Of a DNA stretch of 64,000 nucleotides, positions 13,190-26,600 are shown one piece after another (within the stretch, counting starts at the first letter, position 1; every line of letters starts with the position of its first letter). The notes under the pieces are model-generated. The model made no database searches. It was given only the letters and a program-made list of their open reading frames with translations, and was not told the origin of the DNA. This stretch comes from Octopus sinensis (taxonomy: Eukaryota), in contig NC_043012.1 in assembly GCF_006345805.1 (NCBI RefSeq), forward strand, positions 16,244,001 through 16,308,000, in the 5' to 3' direction. The position numbers were made by a program, and so were the translations under genes.

Positions 13190-16100
13190 TCACACGGTTC
13201 CTTGCACGCACAACACTCGTGCAACATACTTCCATCTCTTTTGGAACGTACACTCTGACAGACACCTCTTCTCCAGCCACAGTTTCCTTTTCAAATGAAA
13301 AGAAAAAAGGATCGTAAATTGTCACCAGAGATAAAGTTGCCTGTCTTAATTCCTTTTATCCTAGTATTCCATACAGCCTCTTTTGCTATTGCTACAACCG
13401 TGAGAAAACAATTCTTACCTTCGTTCGTTAGAACTCCCGGTGGGTCAACTTTTATAATTGACTCAGTCGACAGCCGTACTCTTCCTTCGCCGGACAACAG
13501 ATGTTCAGCATAAGCCCACATTTCAGTTATCTCCGGACACTGAACAATAGCGTGAGGGACGGTTTCCCTGTCCCCACCGCATCTTGGACAGGTCGGCGAC
13601 TGACGTTTACCATGTCTTGCGAGCTTATCCCAAACGGGCAAGGCACCTCTGTAGCATTGCCAGGTTAAGGACTTTTGGAAGTTGTCCAACGTTCTCAACC
13701 CGAATGTACGATGAAACAAGCTGTCCAGTTGAATAAATCCGAGACCTAGAGTCGACCCCAGGCCATCGTCGCATTCAGACTCTACCAACCCACTATATAA
13801 AATCCGTGTGGAACCCCCACCGCTGGCGTTGCCCGAGCGCCGGAACAGCAAGAGGGCCTTACGGCACTCTTTATGCCACTCACTCGACCTCGGTCTACGA
13901 GAACACCAGGCTTCCTGTTCGCAAAAACTCTTGAACTCAGGGAACATTTGTCTGGCCAGCGGAGACCACACCCGTTCACTATCCAGGAGAATCCAGAGGT
14001 GCCTCAACCTCAACGCATGTCTGCGCATCATTAACCAAGGCATCCCTAAACCTCCATTTAAAGGCTTTTGACAGCAGACAGAGCGTTTCACAAGTGGCGA
14101 CCTGCCCTTCCACAAAAAGCGAAAGAGCTGTCTCTCCAACCTGATCAACCACGAATCCGGACAGGGCACGACAGTCAGGCGGTAGGTAATGACCGATGCG
14201 ATAAACACATTGGCCACTTCCGCCCTCCCTTTCAGGGATAGCCACCGCCAAGACCAAGTCTTGACTACTGCAGCCACCCTGCTCAATACCTCCGTCCAGT
14301 TCTTCTCTATCTGGAGGCCTGGTCCAAACCAGACTCCCAGCAACTTAACCGGTCCCTCCGTCCAGCGCCTAACAACACTGTCTGAAGGCATCGACTTGCC
14401 AACCCAGGTGCCGAGCTGCAAGCCGACCGACTTTTCCCGGTTAATCTTTGCTCCTGCTACCTCCTCGTAAGCCTCAATAGTCTTACCTACTTCACGTAGG
14501 CGTACCACTGTGGTTACACTGATAGTGATATCATCCGCGAAAGCCGTAACAAACTCCTCTAGTCCTGGTTCTCTCGGGATGCCACTCAACCTTTGCAGTA
14601 ATGGGTCGAGAGCCATCACATACAAAAGTGGTGAAAGCGGACATCCTTGACGAACCGAGCGTCTGATGCAGAACGGCTTCGAAAGGAAACCGTTCACCCG
14701 AACTATCGAGTCAATGTTGTGGTACAAAGCGATAAACCACCTGAGGAAGCCAAGGCCCAGGCCAAACCGCGCAAGTACAGTCGCTAGGTATCGATGGTCA
14801 ACCCTATCAAAAGCTTTAGACTGGTCCAAATGCACCAATGTCCCACCTTTGCCAGATTTATTACCAAACCTCTCTATGGTATAGCGAATAAGATGGAGGG
14901 TATCCTGAATGGTTCTGCCTGGGATGGCACATGTCTGTGCCTCCCCGACTATACCATTCGCGACACGCGCCAACCTTTTTGCTAGAACCTTGGCCAAAAT
15001 CTTCACTTCTGCGTTTAACAGAGTGATGGGCCTGAAATTCTCTAGAACGTCCCCCTTGTCCGGGTCCTTTCTGACCAACGTCACTACTCCCCGGCGCACA
15101 GATCTGGGGATAAACCCATTCTGTTTCCAGTTCGCGTACACGTCAGTCAGTAGTTGCCCGAACAAGTCTGGCATACATTTATACAGCTCGTACGGAAGAC
15201 CATCAAGTCCCGGTGACTTACCCGCTTTACAATCGGCCAAAGCCTCCATCACCTCCTCAAGTGTGATTGGCCCTTCGCAAGACTCCGCATCCGACCCCGA
15301 GAGGCACGGCAGCCCGGTAAGAAAGTCCTCGAGGGCTCTCCCACCACCAGGACCGCCGTCACCCCCGAACAGCTGGGCGAAGTACTCCCGAAAGACCTCA
15401 CACATTTTCTCGGGTTCGTTTATCAAGACACCATTTTGATTCGTCAAAGACCGAATAGAGGAACTATTTCCTTGCCGAGCTTCCACCACTCGGGCCCATC
15501 CAGCGGCTTTGATTCCTTCACTTCCTATTGCACGTAACTTAGCTCTGGTAATACTTCCCATGTGGTGGGCTTCAAGATGCTGGTTTAACTCCAGTCTTTT
15601 CACCCTCGCTTGGTCTGTATTACCAGTCCTCCAGGCTTCTTCTAGTTCCTTAACTAGACCATCTCCTATTTTACGTCCCTTCTTAGCTAAACTTATGCCA
15701 AACCTAATAGACTCATATTTGATGGCTCTTTTTAGGGCGTACCACCATTTGTTATTAATGATGGTACCTGTTAATGCCCTCTGTATTAACATCTTGATCC
15801 GCTTTCTGTACTCCTCAATCGCCAAAGGGACGTATTGAGTTTCCAGTAGCCAGATCCCTGTCTATGCAACTTATCTACCGTCAGTTTACAGGTAACCATC
15901 TTGTGGTCACTGTAGCTGACTAGAAAAAACTGTGGACACTCAACTATGGACTTATCTTTTTCTCTAATTAAAATCCTATCTAGATATGTTCTGGTAGACC
16001 CGTCACTATTTGACCACGTCCACTGTGGAGTGTTCGGGTGCTCCAACCTATATGGATCTGCTAGCTGAAATTGACTTAGCAGATCCCGAAAGCCTGTGTT

Positions 16101-16589
16101 ACATTTTCTGTTCATGTTCGAGTTTGAGCCAACACAATCTGTGTGTGCTGCACATATTGTATTAGAGTCTCCTAACACTACTAGTGAATGCGACGTGGCT
16201 AGGAACTTTCCTAGGCCACGAAAATATTCAGTTTGCGGGCCAATAATGTTTGGTGCATAAATAGCGACCAGCCTGATTGTCTTGCCACAACTGAATGTCA
16301 AGTCGAGAACGACCAGCCTGCCTTCTGGGTCAGAAAAAACCAACTTTTTCTCGGCTACCCGGTTTCTTTTTAGTAGGACCAACACCCACCCCCCACCTCC
16401 CGCCCGACTCGGAGAAACGTATTTCTCGTAGCCGTTCAGGAGGGGGAGCAGATCTCTTGGCCCCTTCACCCGGGTTTCCGTTGCAACAATTACATCCAAA
16501 TTTCTCGACCTGATGTCATTCAGAAAGCGTCCTTGCTTCCAGCTTGACAACAGGCCATGAACATTTAAACAACCAATGTGAATAGCCAT
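13190..16589 (-). CDS. T1 ORF2: APE endonuclease, reverse transcriptase and C-terminal CCHC (two frameshifts)
   Basis: EN motifs GCLNVHG, ATET, AIYAPN, GDSN, YLDRIL, SDHK. RT motifs LDQSKAFDRVDH, RQGCPLSPLLY, FADD. C-terminal CPRCGGDRETVPHAIVQC. Frameshifts at ~15825 and ~13295. Confidence 0.92.
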
Positions 16590-16600
16590 CACTTACCTGT

Positions 16601-18112
16601 TTAATTAGGATTGTCCGGTGGAGGGGGACCCTCCACCTTTTTTTTATCCAGGGTCGGAGGTGGACGGTCTTGGGAAATAGATTTGTCAAAATCCCGTCTC
16701 ACCACCGGCACAGAATTATCAGGTGGAGGGGGAATCTCCACCTTTTCCTTTTCTCGCGGGATCGGAGCTGGTAATCCAGGAAATATCGACTTGTTAAAAT
16801 CTAATCTCAATGAAGATACAGTCTTTCTGTACTTATTTTGTAGAATTCTATAAGTCTTATTTGAGACTTCATATATGTCGTAATTGATAAATCCTCTGAA
16901 AGGTTATCAATTTTTTTTACAGTCTTTATGAGTTGAATGTCTCTCATGAGCTCAGTATCTTTAGTGTATACGGCTATTATGCCTTTTTCTTCTTTTTCTC
17001 TTCTGGCAGTCTTTTTTGGTCGTTGTTCTGTAGTAGTCGCCGCTCTCGGCTGGGTTGCTGGTTGTATTTTTCTTTTGTTTGTTGTTTTTTTCTCATCTGT
17101 TCTTCTTTATCTTCTTCCTCTTTGTCTTTTTTCTCCTCTTCCTCCTCTTCTTCATTTTCTTGCAGTTCCTTCGAATGTGGCCTAATTGACCACATAAAAA
17201 ACATCGAGGTTTTCGGCCCTCAACAAACACCACGAGGTTCTCCTCCCCTACCTCAATTGTCTCAGGAATTGTTTGAATTATTTTAGGGTCCGCTTGAATG
17301 AGAAGATTAATTGTTTACCATCCCAGCGTGGGTTTTCCGTAGCGGTAGCCTGGAGGAGAGTAATTTTTTCTACCTCTTTGATTAGGACTGCCGCCAACAA
17401 CCACATAGGTTCGACCTCTGGCGGGACCCTTGTAATTTTTATTCGCGACGTCCTCATCCCCATATAATAGGGTATTAACTCCACGTCGTTCGTTTTCAAC
17501 GTTTCCACTGAGTTCTTGTGTGCTATTTCTTTATTGGTGAACCTTACTCCACCGTTCCGAATTTTTTTCCTCTTCTCAGAAATACTACGTCGCCCAATAT
17601 TGGCTTTAAGCACTTTTCTATTTTCTCTTCTGACATTCTTTCAATTTTTCTATTTTGTAGACAATATGTTTTGAAAATTATTGTTTTTGCTTTTCTTCCT
17701 GTAATAACTTTGCGGAGGTTCAATTTTCACACTGTTGTCATTTATTTCCATCATTTGCTGCTGTATTTCATAATTTCGCTTTTATTCGTCGACAGTATCT
17801 GGGTTCCACCCCCAGCAGCCAACGCAAAACTTTTTTTTCCATTTTTTGGTTCTATGTGGATGCTAGGCACATCAATTATTCTCTTCGACACAATGCCTTT
17901 GTTCTCTGGCAAAGTCGGAAACTCTTCTGGTGAAAGTTCTGACGAGCTCTCAGACACATCTCCAAAAATATCAAATATATTATCCTCTCTGCTATTCCTT
18001 CTTGTAGCGGGGGAAACCCCTATTTCCTTGTCTGTAGTTGGCTCCTCGCCGGACATGTATTTCCTCCTCTCAACAGGAGAAACAAGTATTCTGCTCCAAC
18101 GGTAGGCTCCAT
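16601..18112 (-). CDS. T1 ORF1 (RRM-like core plus CCHC knuckle), frameshifted
   Basis: Pieces 17751..18056, 17278..17613 and 16977..17204. The knuckle reads CFLCGQLGHIRRNC after a one-base correction near 17215. Confidence 0.8.
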
Positions 18113-18288
18113 GCTAGACGACATTCTTCCCCCCAAAGGGGGAATGAACAACGCGTGCTACCACAAGCACTAAGTGTTTTCAATTGAAAACTCCAACAGT
18201 TAAGTTATTCAACAGTTTAACAAGAAACAACAGTTGTTAACAATATTAACACCACGAAACAGCAATTCTTATTTCACGAACACATGTG

Positions 18289-18352
18289 CGACAGACGAAA
18301 TACCGCTAAGCATTTCGCCAGGCATGCTAACGTTTCTGGCAGCTCGCCGCCC
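18289..18352 (-). mobile_element. 5' tRNA-like head of the SINE interrupted by T1
   Basis: Reverse complement GGCGGCGAGCTGCCAGAAACGTTAGCATGCCTGGCGAAATGCTTAGCGGTATTTCGTCTGTCG. Confidence 0.9.
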
Positions 18353-19100
18353 TTTCCGTGATTATATATGCCAGGCAACTGAACTGATATTTAAATATTT
18401 AAAAAAATCGTTAAAACCTATATTACAATAAGTAATTTAGTTTCTGTCTCGATTTAACCAATGTTTTCAAATGCATAAAAGACGCCAGATTTTCAAATAC
18501 TTCTACAAATATCAAATCAATGTAGCCATTGATATACAAGAGAAAATTTTAAATACTTTTAAATATTCTCTTATTGCTCAATGTCGATTTGCAATTAATT
18601 TTAACATAAAGTCTTCAAACAATAAGTGTCAATAAAAATACTCAACAGAAATATATTTCAACAATAATAAAAAATCTCACATCTCTGAAACCTAGCTGAA
18701 CATTATGAAAGTTGTAAACAACCTCATTCTCTGACAGGGATTGGTAAATCACAAAGGAACTACATTTTGTTACAGGTTGACAAGTAATCTTGAAGTGTAG
18801 TTTCAAGGTCTATCACGTGAAAACCAAAGAAACAGGGTCCTTTTGGCGAATATTATCCCTTGTTTAAATCTTTACATCTTCAGCTGCTATTTCCTATTTG
18901 AATTTATTTATATTGCTTTTTAATATATATTTATGTACTTTTAAATTAGTTTTATTTAATGTGCCTTCTTCCTCTCCTATCTTTTCCAGTTTCTTGTTAA
19001 CATTGAGGATGACTAATTTCATAAATTTAGCTCCATCACTGCAATTGATATGAAACAAAGAAAATATATTATTTTAATGAACATTTTACTTTTATCTTAT

Positions 19101-19523
19101 AGGTGCAGGAGTGGCTGTGTGGTAAGTAGCTTGCTTACCAACCACATGGTTCCGGGTTCATTCCCACTGCGTGGCACGTTGGGCAAGTGTCTTCTACTAT
19201 AGCCTCGGGCCGACCAAAGCCTTGTGAGTGGATTTGGTAGACGGAAATTGAAATAATCCCGTCGTATATACGTATATATATGTATGTGTGTGTATATGTT
19301 TGTGTGTCTGTATTTGTCCCCCCCACCACCACCAACATCGCTTGACAACCGATGGTGGGTGGGTGGGGGGGTTTACGTCCTGTAACTGAGCGGTTCGGCA
19401 AAAGAGACCGATGGAATAAGTACTAGGCTTCTGAAGAATAGGTCCTGGAGTCGATTTGCTCAACTAAAGGCGGTGCTCCAGCATGGCCGCAGTCAAATGA
19501 CTGAAACAAGTAAAAGAGTAAAG
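19101..19523 (+). mobile_element. Full-length tRNA-derived SINE (OR-type)
   Basis: A-box-like GTGGCTGTGTGGTAAG, B-box-like GGGTTCATTCCC, internal (TA/TG)n, and tail ACTGAAACAAGTAAAAGAG. Confidence 0.88.
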
Positions 19524-19767
19524 GGTATACCAAATTAATTTTATCTCATATCAGTCTTCCATACATTCTATATACAAAGATAACATTTTGTATATGGACT
19601 TGGACGTGAAGAATTGATGTAGCCATGATGTTCGGGTGATCTAATGAGCTAGCTTTCTTTATCTTCAGTGATTTGTAAATATATGCTTAACATACATATA
19701 TATCCTAGGGCCCCGATAATTACACGTATAAACCTGAACTCTTAACAATTATGCTATATGCCCACGA

Positions 19768-19900
19768 GATTATAGCGTAATGGTTAAGAGCACGGGCTAC
19801 TAACCCCAAGATTGCGAGTTCAATTCCAGGCAGTGCCTTGAATAAATAATAATAATAATAATAATAATAAATAATAATAATAATAATAATAACAATAATA
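19768..19900 (+). mobile_element. Short tRNA-like SINE with (TAA)n tail
   Basis: TAGCGTAATGGTTAAGAGC (A box) ... GAGTTCAATTCC (B box), followed by (AAT)n. Confidence 0.6.
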
Positions 19901-19902
19901 CT

Positions 19903-20130
19903 CTGGCTGCCCAGTCCTGGCTAAGAAGGAATATATTCACAGACGTGACAGAGTTGGGACCTACATACACTGGAAGCTATGCCAATATTATGGAATATAA
20001 TAAACAAGGTATGCACTTCGACAATTGGTGGTTAAAAGGTGTTGCCGAAGGGATATGATGCGACATTCAAAGGCATTTTGGATCGATGTTAAACCTCTGC
20101 CGCCTTGTTTTCGTTTTAGGTAGAAGCGGT
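19903..20130. pseudogene. Two inverted R4/Dong-like LINE fragments
   Basis: Plus strand SGCPVLAKKEYIHRRDRVGTYIHWKLCQYYGI; minus strand DRFYLKRKQGGRGLTSIQ. They join near 19998. Confidence 0.7.
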
Positions 20131-21160
20131 CTATGTATGTATATAAGTATACATATATGTATGTATGCATGTATGTATGTATGTATGTATGTATGTATGT
20201 ATGTATGTATGTATGTATGTATGTATGTATGTATGTATGTATGTATGTATGTATGTATGTATGTATGTACAAAAGAGAATGTACATGTATACGTATACAT
20301 ATATTGATACGTGCATTAGAACGTCATTGCTTTTATTTTTTAATCCAACGTATATTCACTGTAATTTTTTCCCTATTAAACATTTATGTGCATCTACTCA
20401 CCCCCACCCCACCCCCACCTTCTTTATCTTCACCCTTCTGTCTTATGTCTAACTTCTGTCGTACACCATTATATATATTGTATACTTTTGCTTATGTCTT
20501 ATTTATATCACAGTGGTATCCCGTTCCTAATGTTGTAACATCTTATTATAGAAATGTAACTAATAGTCATCAGTAAAACCACCCGCTAATTAATACCCAA
20601 GCAATACGGTTCTCTTTCTTTTACTGATAAACTGATATGTATATAAATATGTGTGTGTGCGCGCGTGTGTGTTCTCTAACAATAGTTGTGAATACAGTTT
20701 TGTAACAATAGCGATTACGCAGCGTCGCTGTTTTTCACACATTATTTTTTCATAAGACCAAGTATTAGCTTGACAATTAAGCGAAAAGGCGACGAAATGT
20801 TATTTCCTTTTCGTATGCTGAATAAGCTGTTTTCTATGTAGGTATCATTTTTGCGTAAATATACGTTTAAACTAGTTTCACTCTCTATTCTTTCGCATAG
20901 AACAACGGCATCATTTCCAAAACATTCATAGCTTTTCTTTCAATCTTATTTCTATTCATGTTCTTCTTCTTCGTCTTCATTCCCCCCCAATTTTTATTTT
21001 GCTTTGCACTGTTTCTGAGAGCGTCCATTACACAACGGAAACTAGTTTGTTATCAATTGTTAGCACCAACTCAATAAATAGACAAATTCTCTAATTTTAA
21101 CGGCATGGAGACCTTCATTTAAATCATGGTTGATTCATACTTTGGAACAATCTCATTTTA

Positions 21161-21266
21161 GGAGTGGCTGTGTGGTAAGTAGCTTGCTTACGAACCACAT
21201 TGTTCCGGGTTCAATCCCACTGCGTGGCAAGTGGATTTGGTAGACGGAAACTGAAAGAAGCTCTTC

Positions 21267-21358
<92 letters not shown>

Positions 21359-21560
21359 TTCTGTGTAAGTCCGCCCAACATCGCTTGACAACCAATGCTG
21401 GTGTGTTTACGTCCCCGTAACTTAGTGGTTCGGCCAAAGAGACCGATAGAATAAGTACTAGACTTCCAAAGAATAAGTCCTGTGGTCGATTTGCTCGACG
21501 AAAGGCGGTGCTCTAGTATGGCCACAGTCAAATGACTGAAACAAGGAAAAGATTAAAAGA
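21161..21560 (+). mobile_element. OR-type SINE with internal deletion
   Basis: Head GGAGTGGCTGTGTGGTAAGTAGC and tail AATGACTGAAACAAGG. Confidence 0.85.
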
Positions 21561-21598
21561 GTATATATGTATATATTTATTTAAGTCTATATACATAC

Positions 21599-21629
<31 letters not shown>

Positions 21630-22167
21630 TGTATGTATGTATGTATGTATGTATGTATGTATGTATGTATGTATGTATGTATGTATGTATGTATGTATGT
21701 ATGTATGTATGTATGTATGTATGTATGTATGTATGTATGTATGGTTGTATGTATGAACACACTCACACACACGTATGGCTAGTTAGAAAATCTCTATAAT
21801 GGATGAAAGTAATAACTATACTGAGAAGTAACGCTTACCTCCACTTCAACATGACTGTAGGAACGAACGTTGGAGCCCCACGATGACCATGCTCCAGCTA
21901 GTTATTCCATACAATCTGCACTCGATATAAATTGCAATATATATCCGATGCAGATCGCATCGATTATCTGCTGGAAGAGGCTCTTCCTGGAGATATAAAC
22001 GGGAGTAGCGTCGGTTTTTACGGAACAGCCATGTTAAAGGGCCAGTAAACATTACTATATATATAAAGTAAGAACGCTTTCTGAAGACTACAAATACAAA
22101 CAGTTATCCTTGCCCAGCTTCAGCTATTATTATACGGGCATTATTTCTGACTAGGGAAGAACAATTG

Positions 22168-22410
22168 AAGGCGGCGAGCTGGCAGACACGTTAGCGCGCC
22201 GGGCGAAATGCTTTGTGGTATTTCGTCTGCCGTTACGTTCTGAGTTCAAATTCCACCGAGGTCGACTTTGCCTTTCATCCTTTCGGGGTCGATTAAATAA
22301 GTACCAGTTACGCACTGGGGTAGATGTAATCGACTTAATCCCTCTGTCTGTCTTTGTTTGTCCCCTCTGTGTTTAGCCCCTTCAGGGCAATAAAGAAATA
22401 AGAAATAAGA
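22168..22410 (+). mobile_element. Full-length SINE with Tx1-shared tail
   Basis: GAAGGCGGCGAGCTGGCAG...GAGTTCAAATTCC...TGTCCCCTCTGTGTTTAGCCCCTTCAGGGCAATAAAGAAATA; AAGAACAAT on both flanks (possible 9-bp TSD). Confidence 0.9.
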
Positions 22411-22670
22411 AAGAACAATCAAGGCGAAGCACCGTTATATAAGAGTGGTCATTGGAATAGAAGGAAGCGAAACGCCAACTACATATCATTCACAGAAATG
22501 ATATTACGAAAGTTCTGTTTAATTTAACTTATTTCAATTTATTCTTCCTTTAGTTGGGGATTATTAAATCAACTTTATAAAGCGATTGAAACCGATAGCG
22601 TATTTTGATAAAGATGTAATTTCTTACTTTCATCCATGGTAAAGGTAATAAAGCATTTTCTTCTTTTTGT

Positions 22671-22726
<56 letters not shown>

Positions 22727-23084
22727 TTATATATATCTGCATATCTGTCTATTTATACACACACATACACACACAAAATACACACATATTATTCGTAAAA
22801 AGGATTGGATGTATTTGAATGTATGGGCTGACTCAGTATCGAACCCACCATTTTGCGAGTGTGAGGAGAACATAACTATTCGTACTCATTAAAATTTTCA
22901 CACATTATACGATAAGAGTACGACTCTTCTTTCTTAGCCTGACCCGACCCGAAATATGTTAACATTACAACAAAAAAAAAAAGAGATCCCCAAAATAAGA
23001 AATGCATTGATAGCTGTTTTGTGTACTTCAGTTACTCATCTCATTCCACTGAGTTCCACTCCAGTCAGTACCAATTTTTCTTGA

Positions 23085-25400
23085 CATCGCTTCGCTGACG
23101 AAGATTAGGAATACTGTTGTCCATGTCCTCTTCAGGCTCGTTCTCGGCTGATAAGGCCGATGTGGCATCGACATATCCGATTGCAGTGATGAGAGGGGTA
23201 TGGTTTTTCGGGGTCTGATGATGCAGCTGCATAATTGTTTCGCCTCTGACGTTTGTCTTCAAGAGAGTCACTGCGAGAGATCCCAAAGGAGGAAACAACA
23301 TCGCTGATTGTATGGCGCCAAGCGACGCAGTCAGCTGTTAGAGTGGACCACTCACGATAATCATTGTCACAAATGCTAAGGGATTGCTTCAGGGTGTCCT
23401 TGTAATGTTTACTTGGCACCCCACCCCATACTGTTGCGGTGGCTAGTGGTGAGCTCACCGGACATGATGATCTTGAGTGGTGGTCTTTCATCTTGTCAAC
23501 GTGCCTCGTCCAATGCAGTCGTGTCTCAAGCAAAATGGCTTCCTTCCAGGCTGGTGACCTTTGCTCGCTCGAGCACCTCAGTGTTAATCATGCAGTTGAT
23601 CCAGTAAATGTTGAGGATGGTACGGAGGCAGCGTGGATGAAAACATTCAAGGAGCATCAGATGATAGCAGTAGGTGACCCAAGACTCAGAGCCATATAGG
23701 AGCGTCGTGAAAACGACGGCCCTGCAGACGCTGACTTTTGTGCTGATCTTAAGATGCTTTTTGTTTAAGACACGCTTGTACAGTCTGCCAAATGCTTTGT
23801 TGGCCTTTGCAATTCTGTTGTGAATTTCTTTGTTGATACTTGCATCTGATGAGACGGTACATCCAAGATAAGAGAACTGCTGTACAGACTTCAGTTCTGT
23901 TTCGGCAATGGTGATATGAAGCGGGATGTACACTTCCTGAGGAGCTGGTTGGTGTAATCTCTACGAAAGTAACTTCTAGTCCGAAGGGCTGTGCGGCCTC
24001 TGCGAAGCAGGATGGGATGCACTGCAGGGCTCTTTCTGTGTGTGCGACAAATGCGGCATCATCTGCAAAGAGGAGGTCCTGGATCAGTTGCTCTTGAGCC
24101 ATGGACCTGTAGGCGCTGTAGACGCCGAAGGCTGATGAGACTACCATACAGACGTCTACAGCGCCGTCTTCAGTGTTGAGGTCTGCAGTGACCTGCTTAA
24201 GCATCATGATGAAGAAGATGCTGAAGAGAGTTGCTGCCAGGACACAGCCATGCTTCACGCCGTTGTTGATGAGGAATGGGGCTGATATATCGCTATTCCG
24301 GTGTACTTGTCCTTGTTGGTCTTCTTGAAGCTTTCATCCTTTCGACAGCCAATTCTTTTAGGATCTGAGACAGACCTTACCTGACCATAGTGTCGAACTC
24401 TTTCGTGAGATCAACAAATGTTACGCAAAGTGGTTTGTTTTGCTCCCGCTACTTTTCCTAGAGTTGCCTGAGAACGAAAACCATATCTGTTGTTCTTCTG
24501 TTGGCTCTGAATCCATATTGGCGTTCTGGAAGATGATTTTCGGCGATAGACAGATCAAATCTGTTGAGGAGAAATCTTACTAGAACTTTTTCCTGCAGTG
24601 AAAAGCAGGGTGATCCCCCGGTAGTTTGAGCTTGAGCTATCTGACTTTCTCTTGTTTTTGTACAGTGTAATGATGACAACATCGTAGAAATCTTTTGGCA
24701 GCTTAACTTGTTCCCAGCATGCAACGAGGAACTCGTGGGGTTTAGCATGTAGGACAGGACCCCCGTGATTCCATATCTCTGGAAGTATACCACCGACTCC
24801 TGCTGCCTTTTTACTCTTCAGCCGGTCTATGACAACTGTGCTCTTTTTCAGGGTTGGAGGCTCATCTAATTCCATTCTGACTGGTTGCTGTTGGATGTAG
24901 AGGATTGCGTTTTCCTGGACAACTCGGTTTGCATTGAAGAGGGCCTAAAAGCATTCAGAGCAGTGGCTGAGGATAGATGCTGTGTCTGTTAGAAGCGCCT
25001 TACCATCTCAGCTGCGCAGGGGACTCTGGTCCTGATGAGTTGGATCGTAAACTACCTTGAAAGCTTCGTAGACACCCCTGTAGTCGTCAGAGTCAGCACA
25101 CAGCTGGGTTCTCCGTGCGAAGTTAGTCCACCACTCCTTCTGAACTTCACAGAGTTTGCGATGCAAAAAGCTGCAGGCTTGGCGAAAGGCCGGTTTTTTT
25201 CTCTGGGCAGGACGGTTGTGCAAAGTGTGCTTGGTGGGCAGACCTCTTCTTTAATAATTCCTAGATCAGTACATCGTTTTGGTCAAACTAGTCCTTGTTC
25301 TTTTTCTTCGTAAACCCAGGAATTTCTGCAGTGGTCTGTAGGATGGCGGTTTTCAGTTGTTCCCACAGAATTTCTGGAGAGAGATTGATGTGCTGTGTCA
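23085..25400 (-). mobile_element. Degenerate 5'-truncated RTE-clade LINE
   Basis: Fragments NYRGITLL, QYGFRANRRTTDMVFVLRQL, MKHGCVLAATLFSIFF, LLFADDAAFVAH, FSYLG, KANKAFGRL, LLYGSESW. Confidence 0.88.
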
Positions 25401-26022
25401 TCAATTAATCATCTCATTCTGCTGCGTTCCACTCCACTCAAACTACCAGTTATAGCTACAGTACTGTGCGGATTGGCGTCCTATTCGACCTCCCGGCTAC
25501 TTCAACCCTCGAAAACAGGGGAAAGCTGTGGTCAAGTGGTCATGTGAGCCAGTAAGATTGCAGAAGAGAAAAAGAAGAATGAAGGGGAAAAAGAATGAAA
25601 GGAATTTTTTCTGAATTTGGTAAACGGCTTACTTTCCGAACTGAGTCAATAAAATCAGGAGATTTTTTTTTTCCTAAAATATCGTGCAACTAATTGACAG
25701 TTTTACATAACATCTCCTTATTAGTGCACCAACTCTCTTCAGTAAGGATTTCTATGAAATTCATTACATATCAATTAAGAGCTATTGTCTCCGCAAAGGA
25801 AAATTAAAAACATTGACCTAATTTATGTGAATACTACACGTGTTTTTTTTATCAAATATATCTCAGAATGAAAAGTCAGTATAGACACGTGCGCACAAAC
25901 ACACGCACACCACATACACTCACACACACACAATTACGTATGTATGTATGTATGTATGTATGTATGTATGTATGTATGTATGTATGTATGTATGTATGCA
26001 TGTATGTAGTATGTATGTATGC

Positions 26023-26250
26023 ATGTAGGCGTGGGTGTGTGGTAAGCTTGCTACCCGACCACATACTTCCGAGTTCAGTCCCACTGCGTGGCACCTTGGG
26101 CAAGTGTCTTCTAATATAGCCTCGGGCCGACCAAAGCCTAGTGAGTGGATTTGGTAGACGGAAACTGAAAGAAGCCCGTCGTATATATATATGTGTGTGT
26201 GTGTATGTGTGTTTGTGTGTCTGTGTTTGTCCCCCCAACATCGCAACAAG
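26023..26250 (+). mobile_element. 5' half of OR-type SINE
   Basis: Head and body match 19101-19270. Confidence 0.8.
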
Positions 26251-26279
26251 AAGCCCACTGTATATATATATATATATAT

Positions 26280-26410
26280 GCGAAACAAGGCGGAAAAAAT
26301 AGTTCTCGAATACCAGAGGTAGAATAATATGCTTTACTACAAAGTAGCAAAAATATAAAAAAAATCTGTTACTCAGAGTTTCACGTTCCCGTTTGTCGGT
26401 AGTTTTATTT
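26280..26410 (-). mobile_element. Penelope-like terminal repeat fragment with degenerate hammerhead-like motif
   Basis: Homologous to 31600-31730. Reverse complement CCGACAA ACG GGAA CGT GAAA CTCTGAG TA ACAG. Confidence 0.55.
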
Positions 26411-26600
26411 ACAAACATACATACATACATACATAAATGTGTGTGTGAGCGCGCGCGTGCTGTGTGTGTGAATCTGCGCACGCGTCTGGACTGATTTTCC
26501 ATTCTGAGATATATTTAATGAAAAACACTTGAAGTATTTACATAAATTAAGTCAATGTTTTTAATTGGGATAATTTTGCTGTTTTTTAATAAAGTATATA

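Larger units (their letters stand above)
12943..18288 (-). mobile_element. Full-length Tx1/L1-group non-LTR retrotransposon (T1) with 16-bp TSD
   Basis: ORF1 plus EN/RT ORF2; flanked by identical CGACAGACGAAATACC at 12927-12942 and 18289-18304. Confidence 0.92.

Noticed and set aside
19768-19840. Possible tRNA gene
   Set aside because: It has A and B boxes but no proper acceptor stem and runs into a (TAA)n tail; treated as a SINE, like the other tRNA-like heads.
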